DNA of 64,000 nucleotides from Geosiphon pyriformis uo1 (taxonomy: Eukaryota > Fungi > Glomeromycota): the NCBI GenBank assembly GCA_016748015.1, contig JAAOMT010000372.1, forward strand, positions 558,001 to 622,000, in the 5' to 3' direction. The translations under genes were made by a program, and so were the position numbers. Positions 25,212 to 36,800 of the stretch are shown one piece after another. The notes beneath the pieces were generated by a model that had not been told where the DNA came from, did not search any database, and worked only from the letters and a program-made list of their open reading frames with translations. Numbering within the stretch: position 1 is the first letter of the stretch; each line of letters starts with the position of its first letter.

Positions 25212-26241
25212 TGTTACTGAAAGTTTTTCTACTCTTTTCTAAATTTTGTTAATGCCGTTTTTGCTGTTAATTCTGCTGTTAATGAAAGTTAGTAAACTTC
25301 AGATAAGCTAATTTTTCTTCCAAAGTATCTTTTTATACTTTAAACTGTGTATACTGTTGGACTGATGATAGAATAACCAATTCTATGCCAATTAATTATA
25401 TAGTCACTTTGCAGTAAAAATCGATTTTTTTACAGGAAAATCTTGTCTGTAAGCTTTTTAAAATGTGTGTAGTTACTTTGTAGTAAAACTCAACTCTTTT
25501 ACAAAAATATTTTGTCTGTAAGCTCTTCAAAAATATGTGTAATTACTTTGCTGTGAAAGTCAACTTTTTTACAAGAAATCTTGGCTGTAAGCTACCCAAT
25601 AATATAAAGTAAATAAAAAAAATAAAATAAAATAAACTAAAGAAAAGAAATAAAAAAATATGTCAAAGAAGTCATTTCAAATTCAGGTCAAAATGTTGGT
25701 ATAGAAAAGTTAATTTTGCAATAGAAATAGTTAAGAATATTTATGTTTTCAGGTAAGTTTTATTGGAATTGATTTGTATAAAAGATACTAAGAAAGATAT
25801 TGGTTCTAATTAAGATGAATTCTAACTGAAATATATTTTCTTGGAGAGAAAAGCTCTTCTTTTATACAATTTGTTGTAGTATTATTCTATGATCTAGCAC
25901 TTTTTTTTTCTAATATTTCGACAACTAAAGATATATTTCATCGAACTACAAATTATTTTCTGTGAACTATAAATTATTTCAGTAAACTGTTAAATATTTC
26001 ATCGAATTACTAAATATTTCAGCAAATTCTGAATGTTACATAGTTCGGTGTATTGCATGATCTAATTATCACAATTTGGTTTCATTTGTGTTCTGTACAA
26101 ATCAGGTTATTAATTGAATAATAATTTGGATAATTTGATAAGATAATAAGTAATAAATTAAACAATAATATAGCTAATTAATAATAAAAATAATAAGGAT
26201 AATTTCATGCTAAATAATATCTCAAATTTCGACTAGTAACA
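25212..26241 (-). repeat. 5' LTR of element C
   Basis: Perfect 7-bp inverted termini TGTTACT...AGTAACA; adjacent PBS TGGTGCTCT; internal ~70-bp x3 (25401-25593) and ~20-bp x5 (25933-26030) tandem repeats. Confidence 0.8.
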
Positions 26242-28200
26242 ACATTTGTAATAAAAAATTTGAATTATTTAAAAAAATTCAAAAATAAAGGTTGTTTAAT
26301 ACTTTTTTTATTTTCAGTTTAAAAAAAGCCTTAATTAATTATTAAACTGTTATTTAATTGTAAATTTGTTAATTTAAAATTTTAAAAAAAATTGATTAAA
26401 AATTATTAAAAATAATAATTAATTAATGTAAATATTTTTTGTTTTAAAATTTTTCTTAAAATATGCTTAATTAAAAAAATAAATAATATATGTTAAATAA
26501 AGTTTAGCTAAAAAATTAATTAAAACCCAATTTTAAAAGTTTTGAAAATACTAATTAGGCTTAATTTTAAATGAAAAACAAACAAGATAAGATGAAAAAA
26601 AATTAAATTTAATGTAAACCAAATTATTTTGATTATAAATAATAAAATAATTTTGGGTTTTTTGTGGTAAAAAAGAGCAATTACTCATATAATAATAAAT
26701 AAATTAAAACTAACAAAAAATAAAATAAATTTATAAAAATTTAATGTAAAAATTATTTTTATAAATATTTAGTTATTATTCTTTTTAAAAAATTAACAGA
26801 AAAAATAAAAAATAATTCATATTATTAATAAAAAATAACACAGTTACTATAATTATATGTTTATATTTAATGTTTTTATATTTTAATAATATTAGTTGTA
26901 TTTTTAAAAAAAAAATTTATTCAATATATTTCACAAAAGCTAATAATATCCAATTTAAAAAAACAGTAATAAAGAAATTAATATCATTATATTAATCTTT
27001 ATTTAAATTTTAATTTGCTTTAAAGTATTTTACTTATATACTCTTAAAAAAAATTAACAATTAAGTTAGTAATTACATCAATAATTTATTTAATAATTAA
27101 GTCATATTAATAACTATTTCTAATAATAAAATAATTAATATATATAATATTGATGACCAATATATGTAGTTAAATATGATTAAATAATTAAATTAATTAA
27201 AAATTAAAAGTTTTACAATAATAATATTACAAAAAAAATTTGAATATTATTTTTTATTAAAAACAAAAACAGTTTTAAAATAAATAATAATATATTGTTA
27301 CAAATTAATAAACTTTAATTTAATACTAATAATTTTATACAAAATAGTTTAATATTGTTTTAATAATTAATTTTACATTAATAAAATTATACAAAAACTA
27401 AAACTTACTTTTTACATAAATTATTTTAATCTTTATAATAGTGTTAAATATTAAAATAAAAGCTATCTATTTAAAAATTTTTAATAACTGATAATTGTTT
27501 TTAGGTATTATTAAAACTAGTAATATTTTTAACAAACCAAAAAAAATTACTTTAGTTTTTATTTTATTAATTTAATTTTTGTAATTAGATAATATAATAA
27601 TTTAATTGAAAAAAATTATATATTAAAACATAATTTGTTTTGTTTTTAAATTAATAATAAATAATTAAAATTTATTATATTTAAAAATATAATCAAATTA
27701 TTAATTCAAATTAAATTTGGCAAATGTGTTATTATTACTATTATTTAAAATAAAATAAAAATTATTATTTACAATTAGAATAAAATTAAGCATTATTAAT
27801 ATTTTAAAATTAATAAAAACATTAAAAAATTAAAAAAAGCCAATGTTTTATTTTTATAAAAAAACAAACAGACTTTAACTCAAAAAAATACTTTAAACAA
27901 CACTAAAAAAAAACATTTTTTCCAAGTATTTTTTAAAAAAATTGTTTTTTGTTTTTTTGGTTATTTAAGCAGTAATAAAAAAAATGGCTTAAAAAAATAG
28001 CCTTGTTATTAACTTGTAATCAAAAATTTTAGAACTTTTTATAATAATAACAATAATACTAAAAGTAATCTTAATGAATTATTTAAAAAAAATTTTAAAC
28101 ATTAAATTTTCAGCTTAATATTATTTAATAATCAGTTTTGTAAATTGTAATTCTGATAAAATATAAAATAGTTTTCTAATTAATACAAATTTTATTTTAA

Positions 28201-28275
28201 TTGTATTTTTTTTATATTTTTTACTTAAAAGTATTTTTTATATTTTTTACTTAAAAATATTTTTTATATTTTTTT
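28201..28275. repeat. ~26-bp tandem repeat (x3), possibly a subterminal repeat of a decayed DNA transposon
   Basis: GTATTTTTTATATTTTTTACTTAAAA repeated; adjacent GGGCTGTAA at 28304 resembles a hAT-type terminus (weak). Confidence 0.45.
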
Positions 28276-30212
28276 AATATAATAAATATAAATTTCTGTA
28301 ATTGGGCTGTAATAAATAAATTTTTTTAAAATAAAAAATAAAATAAAATAATAGTTTCTAAATAATTTTGCTTAAAAATTAATATATATTTATTGTTTTA
28401 TAATAATAATTATTATTTTTTTTGGTAATATTAATTGAATTATTTGATTTTTTTGTAAAATTTGTTTTTTAGCTGTTTTTAAAATTTTATTTTTTAAGTT
28501 ATTATAAAATTTCTTAATTATTTTAATAAATATATTTGTTTTATAACAAAAAAATATTATATATCTTAAATAAAACTATATTTTTGTAAATATTTTAAGT
28601 TTGAAATTCAGTTTTTATGTATTAATTTTAATAAAAAAATTTATCTTGTTATTCATAATTTAAAAAATAACTTTGAAAAAACTTTGAAAGAAAGAGACTT
28701 TTAACCAAAAAAAATAAAGTGCTTTTTTAGCAGCCAAGAACTGCTTTTTTTTATTAGTTAAGAAAAAAACTTTAATAGAGTACTTTATAGTTGTTTTTAT
28801 ACTTAAAAAGACTTTTTAGATAATATTATAGATAAAAAACAAAAAAATAAATGTTGCTTTTTTTTATTTTTTACTTTAGTTGTAACTATAAAATTGTAAA
28901 AAAAAAGTTATGCTAATTTTAAATTAAATAAAAAAATTATTTAATTATAATACTTTGGTTAACAAATTACTAATGTAAATATTTTGAATATCAAGTTTAG
29001 TTAATTATTAAGTTTTGGTTTAGTTATACAACAAAAAAACATAAATATTGCTTGAACAAATAAAATTAAAATTTTGATATTGAAAGTTAATTATTAAGAT
29101 ACCACTTTTTTTTATTTAACAGCTTAAGAAATATTAGCTTATTATTATTTCATATTTATAAAGAAAAAAACTCCAACTTAAAAAAAATATATTTAGCATT
29201 CGTTGATTAATATTTTAACAAAATTCAATATATAATTCTCACTACTAATTATTCAGCGAAATAAATAAAAGCAAAAACAATACTAAATTAAGTCACTATT
29301 TTAATTACCAATTTTATTTATATAAAAATCATATGTTAACATTAATATTCAAAAAATTGCTATGTAATAAAACAAAAATTCTTTATTAATACACTAATTA
29401 AAAAATCTTGTGATATATATCAATTTTTTTTTATTTTTTATTAATTTATAAATTAGTAAAATATTTTAATAAAACTAATAAAAACACAAACTTATAGATA
29501 AAGTCTATTATTTGTTTTTTAGTATACTAAACTGTTAATTACAACATAATTATAAAAATAATTTTGCATTTGATTATTATTGCATTTGATTTCAAATAAA
29601 CAAATTTGGTTATTATAAAAATTAAAAACAATATTCAAATATTAGTTTTTTCAATTCCAAAAATTATCATATTTTTTAATAAAAATAAATTTATAATTCT
29701 AGTTTTTACAATAATAAAAAATATTAACATATAAAAAACCAATGTTCAAATATTTTTTATTTAAGTTTATTATTTAATTTTTTAATCATTGTATAAAAAC
29801 ATCTAAAATTATGCATTAATTGTTGTCTATATTTTTAGTTTTGCTTATTAAAAATATTATTATTATTTATTGTGTTTTTTTAAAATAATATATATATTAA
29901 AATAATAATTTTTAATGACAATAAAATTAACTCAAAAGATTTTAATGTACAACTGCTCAAGCTCATAATAGAAAATGTTATTATATAATTCAGCATTAAT
30001 ATATTGGATACATATATTTTTTCTGATTTTAAACCCCTTGGATCAAGATAAGACTGGTTGAGCTGCGTAATGTCTAAATATTAAATCAGCCTCAGGAAAA
30101 CTATTATCCAATTTTATTTTATAACACAAGTAAAATTTTCATTCAAGAGAGTCACCAACAGGTGAAACACAGGTAGCAAAGATCTTGTAACCGAGTTTTG
30201 CACTATTTAGCG

Positions 30213-31349
30213 TCATCGGATAAATAAGTTCAACCGAATGCTATCAGCCCTCAACAATTCGGCCTTTGCTCGTTTCCAATCTTCCTCCTCAGCTAATGGT
30301 ACCCACCGCTGTTTTCCGATTGAATAGTACCAGACATTGTTTACTTGTTTTTTAAATTTTTGCTTGATGTAATAAATAAGATGATGGTAGGAGCCTTCTG
30401 TAGAATATCGGATAGCCCGCTTATGGTCTCCAAAGTTACAGGTAATGTATAACTAAAAAAGAATTGAAATAGTTGACTTGAAGGTCAAAATAACTCAGTC
30501 ACTGTAAATAGTTGATTAAGAATTTTTTAAACCTCAAGGTTAATAGTAGGCTCATCTAATTGCTTTTCTTTTTCTTTTTCTTTTGCCATAAGTTTTGCTT
30601 GATGCGCCGAATAATATTGTATACTTCCACGAGGCTCCATATCTCGCTCTACTCCTTTTGCTCCCAGACAACCATGAACAGACAGTGCCCGCTGAGGAAA
30701 GAAGATATCCTCAGCTTATTTATTAAATCCCTTTCAAATCATTACTTTTTCTTACCGGTGCCATCTCTGGTGCTACTGGTTTGAGTGGAATCTTTCGACT
30801 AAAGAGTGCTTTTTGCACCCGGCGACCAAATGCAGCAATAATGCTTAAGGTAACGGATTTTGCAGGATTGCAAAAAATTTGATTGGTACTCATGAACATC
30901 CTAAATGAGGGATCCTCGGGTACTTCAGTCGCAACTGATGAAGGAGAATGAGACCAGCCTTCATTATGATGCCAAAACTAGGAAAATAAAAACAACCAAT
31001 TCATGGGATTAGCTTGCAAATTTTCCTCAAACTTTTACCGATCAAAGTTAAAGTTATGACTTACGGTTTTACGAAAATTAATATACCTCAATGTTATGCT
31101 AATAATTTTTGATTCTTTCACGCTAAAGGTCTGGATTTCGTCCAGAGGTATAGCCATCTCATTTTTCATTCCATTCACACAAATGGAAATTTTCTCTTCA
31201 AATTGGGAAAAAAGCAAACCAATATCCCTCCAAGTCGAAGCATTGATATATTTCTTGCTATGATCGGATATAATTTCGATCGAATCTAATTCAATTTCAT
31301 CCTCGTCACCTTTTGATTTGGTTGAGAAACGAGAGCTTTTCGAATTCAT
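30213..31349 (-). CDS. Hypothetical protein (~301 aa) with C-terminal PB1-like domain; 4 exons (31349-31065, 30977-30756, 30691-30533, 30452-30213); 5' end uncertain
   Basis: All three GT-AG introns are phase 0 and join into one open frame. Last exon LYITCNFGDHKRAIRY...QRWVPLAEEEDWKRAK...RLNLFIR resembles the PB1 pattern with an acidic OPCA-like motif. Confidence 0.7.
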
Positions 31350-33818
31350 TGAAAATATACGTCCATTATTGTGTGGTGAGGCTGAAGATGAGAATCAATA
31401 TGATATTATTGCATTTGTTAAGAAATTTCATGGACGAATATCATTTTTTGTTTCAATGGGAAGTTTATAAGACTCAATGACAACTTACAGCTACTCCCAT
31501 TTGTAGTTACCCACTCAATTTTTTGGTCGTCTTCATCTATGGAAGGGGGATAATCAGGTCGGGTATCGACTGAGGAAACAGACATATTGAAGACTTCAAG
31601 GGGTTAAAGTTGGGCTGTCTTTATGCAATCAGCAAAGCCTTCGAGTGATTTAGAAGAAGTAAACAAAGGATGGGAGATGTGACTTAAGTAGTGAGTACTA
31701 GCCTCAAAGTAGGGCGTATCGTTACTGAAAATGTCTTCCGGCAGTGAATGAACCGAGTTATGTTTAGAAGAGAATGGATATTATTCGGAATTCAATCACT
31801 AAATAAAATCTTTTACTTTTAGTCAGAATATATATATGTGATTTGCCGCAGCCAAGTGATCAAAGTTAAAAATAGTTACTCTTACATTATTTCATAAGCT
31901 ATTATTTAATTTCATGATAAACAGCTTTAAGAGAAACAGTATTTCATCAGATAAATCAAGAATATACGAGAGTTTCAACATTATTTTCAGTTTGTGAAAG
32001 GATTGCGATAAATTTTAGTTCTATTTTTAATTAAAACATTAATTATAATCAGTAAAAAACCGAATTAAACCAAATAAAATTGAAGTTATAAAGTTCTATT
32101 AATTTTTCAACCTCAATAGATAATTGAATAAAAATTTTCGAAGCGTTCTGAAAAATGACAAATAAATTGAAATCGAAAAAACTCAAAAAGAAACAAAATT
32201 TATATGAACAGTATTTACGGTTTTTTTTACTGGGAACAGCTTATTTGCAATTAAAAAAGTTTTTGCTCTTTGCTTAGAAGACCCAAAGTCAATCAAGTCT
32301 TTCGAAACTTATGTACTGAGAGTGGGTATATCGACTAAATACATATAATTATCTAAATATTTTTTGAAATATGAAATTTGATATTACTTGGTTATTTTTG
32401 TTCATATAATATTTATCAGTTTTTGTCAAGAGTAAATGTCAAAATCCTTTGCAAAAACATGACCATAACTATGAACAATATTTAGACCCAACAACTTATT
32501 TTATTGAATGCTCTTTGTTAATACAAAATAAATAAAAAATCCAATTTCATAAAGTGAATTGGGTAAAAATAATTAAACCCGCGGAATCTTATCAAAAATT
32601 AGAAAATTCAGTTTCCGATGCCCCGCGATACCCTCCACTTACTAAAAATCCTGCACCGTGTAGTTGAAATTTGTCAGACTTAGGATATATGCCGAAAATT
32701 TTTATACATAAAATCTTCACAAAGGCTTAAATCCAAAATAACCGATGACTTTTTTTACAATAATGCAAAAAGGTTTTAAAATGTGAAGATTAGAAGAATT
32801 AAATAAAGATGTGAAAATTTTTTATGTAACTAACCCCCTGTTAAAATAATAAATAATATCATCACTTTTTCAAGTCCGATTTGATGATAGTTAAAGAATT
32901 GAAAATTTTGTTTTTAAACCAAACCAAAGCAAATACATTTGGAATGATATTGCTTAAGAATGTAGTTGATATCATTTTGTTGTAAATAAAAGTACATAAT
33001 ATAATCTTGAATTTTGGAAATAACTACTTGCACTTAGGTCAAATTTGTGGTGAATTAAATTTAACAACCCATTTCGAAAATTGCTAAATTAAGTAAATTT
33101 CTTATCCATGATAGGATTTACAAATTTGTATCCTCAAGTCATTAACTTTCTGAAATAAAAAATAATTCGGGAAAGATATGGTGGTGGTGGTTTACTACTA
33201 ACCCCACCAATTAATACAATTAGAAACTTTCTAAAATATTACATATTAGGTGACTAACGACAAAATTGAAAAATAAACCTTGAGAAAAACCAAGATTCCT
33301 GGGATATATATTTTAATTATGTGTATATAAAGGTCTTCGCCAAGAGGATTTTCGAACCACGAAGCAGACAAATTATTGGGAAAGCCAAAGATGTTGATTC
33401 CCACTTTTGTCATTTATGATATTAAGCTAAATGATCCATCTACATCCAATGTCTTTTATATGGATCACGAAATTTTAATAAATAAAACTATATTATCTCT
33501 CGCTTGACCTATAAATATACATCGAGCTTAATCTTTCCAATTTCGTATACCAATGCAGAAATATTATCGCTCATTAAATAAAAGTCCATTCGTGGTCTCT
33601 ACAGAAATGATTAGGAAAATATTGTATCAAAAATATTCTGTATTAAAATGGTGAATTTACATGTTCTAGTAAAACACACATCGAGGCTAGGCTGGTGATC
33701 TCGTGTTATTTTAATACTTATATGGACAGGCTCTATATGCTTCAAAATTTTTAAACCACGTTTTACTCGATGATCTACAGCTGAAAGGAATGTTCATTGT
33801 TAATTGATTTTAATTTTC

Positions 33819-36800
33819 TCACCTTATTGTGGCTTTTAAAGTCATAATTTGGAATGGTCGGAATCGTAAGATTGCCCCTTCATCGTCATAAGCGACGGTG
33901 GAAATTGGATCTTCAAGGATATTCGTCTCGTGGAGTTTAGTTAATGGAAAAATGCTGCAGAATTTAATAATGGGAAATTCAATTGTATGTTCGCTTTCGT
34001 CCAATCAATGATTTAGTTAAAAACTTAAAAAAGGATATAAAACCTTCGCAATCGTGCTTTCGCGTGTCCACCATAAGCTTCATATAGACGTAAAATAATA
34101 TCGTCGGAATCTTCGGCTCGTTTTATAGTATCTAATATGACGTTTTTGGCACCTTCAATCGAAAAGTATGAAACAGGTTGGATATCAGCCGCAATTTTTT
34201 GTGATACGTTCCTGTAAATGGAGGATAAGTATTAATTCGAAATTGGCTCATTCAAGCAGTTGATATTTTCAAAATTTTTGAGTATTACCTAATGATCAAC
34301 GGAACATTGAATTGATAAGCTTCGTGCACAACATCTGATTCCATAAATGAACCGGCATGTGGCAAAAGCGCGTATTTAAAGGTGTGATTACCAATATCAG
34401 AATAAGCATCTGGTGACTTTATATGCAAAATTGATTTAATAAAATCAATAACCACTACTTTAAAGGCAAGTTCCAAAGTCCCAAATTATTAACAGACCTT
34501 GGGAGACCTCAAAAGTGATAACCTCATTATGTTCCCATGAATCGCGTATCCTTTAACCAAAAATCATGAGCCTTTAAAGAATCAGAAATCAAAAGAAAGA
34601 TTGTTTAAATATGCTCACCATATTTTGAATCGTTGAGTAATGCCACTCCATAGCCATACTCGGACAAGTCGACAAATTTGTGTCCACATACTTCGAATTT
34701 AGCAGCGTCCCAAGTGGTGTTGTAATGTGTAGGACGTTGAATGAAACCAAATTGTGTTTCATAAGTCGCCTGCATATTAAATATGATATTTGTTCAGAAA
34801 ATCTTAGTAGTATTTAAGATATTTTGGGAGATAAAACGAAAAATTTTCTGATAACATACGACGTCCCGGTTGATGTCAACAGGGAATTCCACTTTCTAGA
34901 ATATGACAAAAAATTCAAGCGATTAATCGCGGTTTCTATGTAGAAGAACAAAAATTCTCACGAAAAGCCCTACTAAGAATTGGCGATTCTCATCCCAGTC
35001 AATTTCTGTCTCGAAATCGATTCGGGCAGAAGTAGCAGTTAATGCGATAGTTTGATAGAGACTACTATTTTTGGTGAGATTATATATTCTGACTTTCAAA
35101 GATGCGCGTAGTGGACCTTCTTCGTGTATCTGGTAAGTCAAATTTGTAAAAATAAATGCAATAACAAGAACTTTGATTTAACCAGCTTATTTGCGAAAGA
35201 AAATGTACCTTGACTTTTCCAAGACCAGCTTCGCGTCCTTTTTGTAAGTGATATATTTCAACTAAATTGGAGGAATTGTAGGAAGTGTTATTCACTTTTC
35301 AAACCCCTAAGAAAAATAAAATGCTTATTACCGTCCCAGGCTTTGTTTTTTATTGAGTGTAGATTAATTTTGGAAATGGCGAGAGTTAGATAAATGACAA
35401 TTTTTTGGGACAAAAATAATCAACCATGTATCTGTAACTAACCATCCCAAAATAACGGCTGTAAAAAATTTTGCAAATCATTATTGTTAGACTTAAATAT
35501 AAAATACTAGATAAAGTGAAAGTCAAACTTACAATATCTTCATAGATCTTGAACAAATTGCCGTATTTCCCTTCAGGAATAATCTCTCGACTTAAGATTT
35601 AAAAAATGATTATCATTTTCAGAAAAAATTCAAGCTCAGATTTCATCTAAAATACATACTCCAGTTTCCGATCAATAAGACTGGTCAAACGGGCATGTTT
35701 GTCAAAAGTGACCGTTACGAATTCATTTTGCAAATAAAAGAATTCGTCAGCCTCCCAGACTAGAGGTTAATATTTTTTGGTTATTATATAGGAGTTTTAT
35801 CATATCACGCAACTTATGAAAGATAGTTTCTAATATTTTTACCGGTGACCGGATTGATATCAGAATGTTCGCTCAAACCAACACCTTGAGCTCCCATTCC
35901 TATCGCACTTCTGACTATACAAGATAAAGTAGCTTATTTGTTAGTTGATATTTTTTCAATTAGAATTGCCAAATGTTGCATTTCACCTAGAACATATCCT
36001 TCCTTCGGATCAGCGGCATATTGCTGCAAAGTAGGGAGCCCTTGGTAGACCGGGACCTTTACCACTTCTGTTCTCTTCCAGCCCAATGTATTAAACACAA
36101 CCAAGCCTGAAAAAAGGTGTTTTTCATTTTAATAAGAATTAAAACAAATTTATATTTAAACCCGAATTTATATAATGAAAATTACCTTTGTATTCACTCT
36201 CTAAACTTTCTTTTATATTGAATAAGGCGTCAAGTGCTTTTTCCCGAAGAGCTTCGCCTTTTAATAGTCGAAAGTTTGATAAAATAAATGAGAAGCCGAG
36301 TTAAATCATATCAGGAATATATCAAATAATCCAACCATACATACCAGTTTCTAATATTTCATTATAGAACTAGTAAAAAGAAATTTTTTAATCAAAAATC
36401 ATTGAAAGGAATGTTACATTTCAACATAATAAATTACTTACTTTTTTAGCGTCTTTATATACCATTTCGATCGAGGAGCCGGGCAATACATCATGGAATT
36501 GATTCCTAAATATGAAAAATATTGTTAGTTTTAGTCCAGCTAAATCCAAGAAAATCAAAGTAATAAACTTGCATACCTACAGCAAAAGATATTTCCATAG
36601 TTGATCCAGTTTTTCTTTAGGATATCTAATAGCAGAAATAAGAGTTTTAACAAAAATTATCTAAATTATTTCAATTCTTAATTTGAAAAGTTACCTGAAA
36701 GTTTCATGCTGAAGGTGTTGGGTAATAACTGATAACAACTCGGTGTCCCGCAAGAGAAGTTCAGACTTGCGATTGAATTGTTTAATGCGACCGTGAGATG

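Larger units (their letters stand above)
1..26241 (-). mobile_element. Ty3/Gypsy LTR retrotransposon 'C' (outer, oldest, degenerate), interrupted by elements A and B; 3' end lies outside the window
   Basis: Minus strand order: 5' LTR 26241-25212, PBS TTTGGTGCTCTCC (~25199-25211), gag with degenerate CCHC knuckle (~23700-23760), protease LILDS(G>K)SA (~23090-23125), dUTPase (~22490-22760), RT (~21000-21950), RNase H split between ~20855-21060 and ~10740-10910, integrase HHCC (~10315-10450) and integrase core FDRVGIDLV..YIVxxVDYLxKWP..YHPQxNGxVE (~560-935). Confidence 0.8.

Noticed and set aside
25401-25593. Regularly spaced repeats resembling a CRISPR array
   Set aside because: Whole units repeat with no unique spacers; inside a eukaryotic LTR; no cas genes.
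26250-28200. Possible hAT transposase remnant
   Set aside because: Only vague motif resemblances; too degenerate to support by eye.
33179-33208. Short GGTGG..CCACC hairpin in intergenic DNA
   Set aside because: Imperfect and short, with no supporting ncRNA or Helitron features.
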